A stretch of DNA of 64,000 nucleotides from an uncultured delta proteobacterium. Lineage in GTDB: Bacteria > Myxococcota > Myxococcia > Myxococcales > Anaeromyxobacteraceae. Below the pieces are notes generated by a model. That model was not told where the DNA came from. It worked only from the letters and a program-made list of their open reading frames with translations, and made no database searches. Shown here in pieces: positions 61,300-64,000 of the stretch (position 1 is its first letter; each line of letters begins with the position of its first letter). A program made the position numbers and the translations under genes. The stretch spans positions 1 through 64,000 of the forward strand of contig CAWJSR010000006.1 of the NCBI GenBank assembly GCA_963845515.1. The letters run 5' to 3'.

Positions 61300-62184
61300 C
61301 TATCCGACCCTGGCGAACAGCCGCCGCAGCTCCCGCACCAGCTCCCGCGGCCGCTCCTCGGGGATGAAGTGACCGCCCGGGAGCGCGCGGCCGGAGACGT
61401 CGCGTGCCACGGCCCTCCAGTCGGCGAGGCAGTCGAACTGCGCCTGGACGATCCCTTCGCGGCTCCAGAGCGCGAGCAGCGGCACCCCGAGCCTGCGGCG
61501 CCGGTCGGCCCGATCGTGGACGAGGTCGATGCTCGCTGCGGCGCGGTAGTCCTCGCAGAGCGCGTGGACGGCGCGGGGATTCGAGAGGGCCCGGACGTAC
61601 TCCCTCCGGATGGCTCCCGGGAACGGGGCGAGCCCCGCGCGCCCGCGCCCGAGCCGCGCGAGCACCCACTCGCGCGCCCGTCCCGCGAGGAGCCGCTCCG
61701 GGAGGGGGGCAGGCTGGATGAGGAAGAACCAGTGGAAGTACGCGCGGGCGAACGCCTGCGTGGTCCCCTCGTACATCCTGAGCGTGGGCGAGACGTCCAG
61801 CACCGTCGCCAATCGCACCCGATCGGCGTGGTCGAGCGCGAGGCGGTGCGCGACGCGCGCGCCGCGGTCGTGACCGACGACGTGGAAGCGCGCGTGGCCC
61901 AGCCGCTCCATCACCTCGGCCATGTCCTGCGCCATCGCCCGCTTCGAGTACGTGGAGTGGTCGGGCTGGCCACGAGGTGCCGACGAGCCCCCCTGGCCGC
62001 GCAGGTCGGCGCACACGACCGCGTGGTCGCGCGCGAGCTCCGGCGCGACCCGATGCCAGCAGGCGAGCGTCTCGGGATGGCCGTGGAGGAGGAGGACGGC
62101 GGGACCGTCGCCGCGCGTGACGCACTGGATCGTCGCCCCGAACGTCCGGATGCGGCGACGCGCGAAGCCGGGGAAGAGCGCCAT
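61300..62184 (-). CDS. Alpha/beta hydrolase, haloacetate (fluoroacetate) dehalogenase-like
   Basis: HGHPET, YSKRAMA, GHDRGARV (Asp nucleophile), YFHWFF, CEDYRA, GHFIPEE. Confidence 0.85.
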   Translation of the reverse strand: MALFPGFARRRIRTFGATIQCVTRGDGPAVLLLHGHPETLACWHRVAPELARDHAVVCADLRGQGGSSAPRGQPDHSTYSKRAMAQDMAEVMERLGHARFHVVGHDRGARVAHRLALDHADRVRLATVLDVSPTLRMYEGTTQAFARAYFHWFFLIQPAPLPERLLAGRAREWVLARLGRGRAGLAPFPGAIRREYVRALSNPRAVHALCEDYRAAASIDLVHDRADRRRRLGVPLLALWSREGIVQAQFDCLADWRAVARDVSGRALPGGHFIPEERPRELVRELRRLFARVG

Positions 62185-62200
62185 CGCGCCCGATTCTGCC

Positions 62201-63520
62201 CTATCCCGCGCCCAGCCGGATCACCCGGGCGCGCGCCGTGACGAGATCGCCGAGCGCCCCGATCACGGCTGCGTCGGCTCGCTGGAGGTCGGCCTCCGCG
62301 GCGAGGACGTCGACCGACGTCGCGCGGCCGCTGCGGAAGAGCGCGGTCGCCGTGTCGCGGGCCTCGGTCGCGGCGATGGCACCCTGGCGGGCGGCCTCGA
62401 GCCCTGCGGCCGCCGTCCGCCAGGCGGCGAGGGCCTCCTGCACGTCGCCCTCGAGCTGGAGCTGAAGTCCACGTCGGGCGGCCTCCAGCTCCGCCAGCCG
62501 CGCGTCGGCCCGCGCCGTCGCCGCCCTGCCTGCGCCCCCTTCGAAGAGGGTCCAGTCCAGGGTGACGCCGGCCGTCCACTCGTCCGCGCCGCCTCCGACG
62601 TCGCGCTCCCGCCAGCCGTAAGTCCCCACGGCGGCTAGCTCGGGGAGCCAGGTTCCTCGTGCAGCCGAGCGGCTGGCGCGCGCGGCTGAGACGAGGGCAT
62701 CGAGCCTGGCCAGGTCGGGGCTCGCCCGCTGCGCGCGGACCAGGAGCTCGCCGTCGGCGGACGGGGGGGCGACCGGCTCGGGCCAGCGACCGTCGGTGCG
62801 GAGCGCGGCACCCTCGCCGCGCCCGATCACCTGTCCCAGCCGCGCCCCGGCGACGGGGACCGCCTCGCGCGCGGCCAACGCCGCCCGCTCCGCCTCGAGC
62901 CGGCCCGACCTGGCGCGCAGCGGATCGAGGCTGGAGCCCCGTCCCGCCGTCGCGAAGGCGGCCGACGTCTCCTCGAAGGCGCGAGCCCTCGCCAGCGCCG
63001 CCGACGTGACCCGCGCCAGCTCCTCGGCCTGCGCGAGCCTCACCCAGCCGATCGTCGCAACCAGGATCGAGTCGGCCTCGGCGCCTCCGGCAGCTGCCTC
63101 GGCGGCGTCCACGGCGCGGCCCGCGGCGACCCGTCCGGCGAAGGCGCGCCAATCGAAGAGGACCTGCCGCCCACGCAGCGTCGCGACCCGCTCCTCGGCG
63201 AAGAGGGGGACGGGCCCCGCCGCGCCCACGCGCTCCTCGTCCAGCCAGGTGAGGGAGCCGCTCGCCTGGACGCGCGGGAGCAGGGCGCCCGTGGCGGCCG
63301 AGCGGTCGGCCTCGGCCGCAACCAGCCGCTGACGCTCGGCGAGGAGCGCCGGCGCCGCGGCGCGCGCCGCGGCGACCGCAGCGTCGAGCCCGATCGTCGT
63401 CGAGCCTTCGTCCCCGCTCGCCGCCGTCGCCACGCCCAGCAGCAGCGCCGCCACGATCGCCATGCACCGATCGGGGCGCGGCAGGCTCAAAGGCTCGGAA
63501 TGCCGGTTCAGCTCGCTCAT
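62201..63520 (-). CDS. TolC family outer-membrane efflux protein
   Basis: Two OEP repeats (LLPRV...QVLFD; WLPEL...WTLFEGG), SVDVLAAE. Confidence 0.8.
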   Translation of the reverse strand: MSELNRHSEPLSLPRPDRCMAIVAALLLGVATAASGDEGSTTIGLDAAVAAARAAAPALLAERQRLVAAEADRSAATGALLPRVQASGSLTWLDEERVGAAGPVPLFAEERVATLRGRQVLFDWRAFAGRVAAGRAVDAAEAAAGGAEADSILVATIGWVRLAQAEELARVTSAALARARAFEETSAAFATAGRGSSLDPLRARSGRLEAERAALAAREAVPVAGARLGQVIGRGEGAALRTDGRWPEPVAPPSADGELLVRAQRASPDLARLDALVSAARASRSAARGTWLPELAAVGTYGWRERDVGGGADEWTAGVTLDWTLFEGGAGRAATARADARLAELEAARRGLQLQLEGDVQEALAAWRTAAAGLEAARQGAIAATEARDTATALFRSGRATSVDVLAAEADLQRADAAVIGALGDLVTARARVIRLGAG

Positions 63521-63606
63521 CGTGTCGTCTCCTCGCAGGCGCGCCATCGGACTCGGGTCTGCGGTGGAAACCGGCGTCCCGGCGAAAACTTGCGCGCTGG
63601 GGCCGC

Positions 63607-64000
63607 GTGACCGGCGAACACGATCCGGGCGACGAGGCCCGGCTGGCCGCACGGGCTGCAGCAGGCGACCGGGCGGCGCTCCGCGACCTCTACCTCCTCC
63701 ATCGCGACGCCGCTCAGCGCCTCGCCTCGCGCTATCTCGGCGACGAGGCGGAGGCCCGGGACGTGGTCCAGGACGTCTTCGTCACGCTCCTCACGCAGCC
63801 GGCGGCCTTCGCCCCGACGGCGCGGTTCTCGACGTGGCTCTGGCGCGTGGTGGTCAACCGGTGCCTCAACCGCAAGGCGAAGGTCGCCTGGCGGCACGGC
63901 GGCCGCGAGGCGGGCGAGGCGGGGCTCGAAGCCCTGCAGGAGGATCCGGACCGCGTCCCGGAGGCGGCGCTCCTGCGCGAGGAGGAGGCGGCGCGGGTGC
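63607..64000 (+). CDS. ECF sigma factor, 3'-partial (absent from ORF track)
   Basis: AAAGDRAALRDLY...EARDVVQDVF...RFSTWLWRVVVNRCLN. Confidence 0.85.
   Translation, partial: MTGEHDPGDEARLAARAAAGDRAALRDLYLLHRDAAQRLASRYLGDEAEARDVVQDVFVTLLTQPAAFAPTARFSTWLWRVVVNRCLNRKAKVAWRHGGREAGEAGLEALQEDPDRVPEAALLREEEAARV

Overview
GC-rich bacterial chromosomal window; gene content and style suggest Myxococcota (Anaeromyxobacter-like, inferred). About a dozen genes carry single-base frameshifts, probably assembly indels, which create false fusions in the ORF track. Core genes: tamB, dedA, argB, cspA, dtd, hinT, CitE-like lyase, an eight-gene shikimate/tyrosine cluster (aroH-tyrA-aroA-aroE-aroC-aroK-aroB-aroQ), msrAB, fumarase/aspartase, recQ, an RluA-family synthase, tctBAC, a haloacetate dehalogenase-like hydrolase, TolC and an ECF sigma. 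Two accessory blocks stand out. (1) 15-29 kb is a regulatory island with a XylR/V4R-type sigma54 activator, four -24/-12 promoters and seven copies of a 15-bp pseudo-palindrome, some phased 22 bp apart and most about 63 bp from a promoter. The putative regulon includes an alternative sigma70 factor, a PAS-less CheB/CheR and a secreted Gly-Gly precursor coupled to a stand-alone C39 peptidase. (2) 39.3-44.5 kb is a mobile patch: orphan Rhs toxin tip plus a double-HTH gene, a serine resolvase, a complete 1452-bp IS4-family element with 9-bp target duplication, and a RAYT-like HUH transposase between non-palindromic, stuttered 17-bp inverted repeats. A candidate four-hairpin ncRNA lies upstream of the fumarase/aspartase gene. 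No rRNA, tRNA or CRISPR array was recognised.
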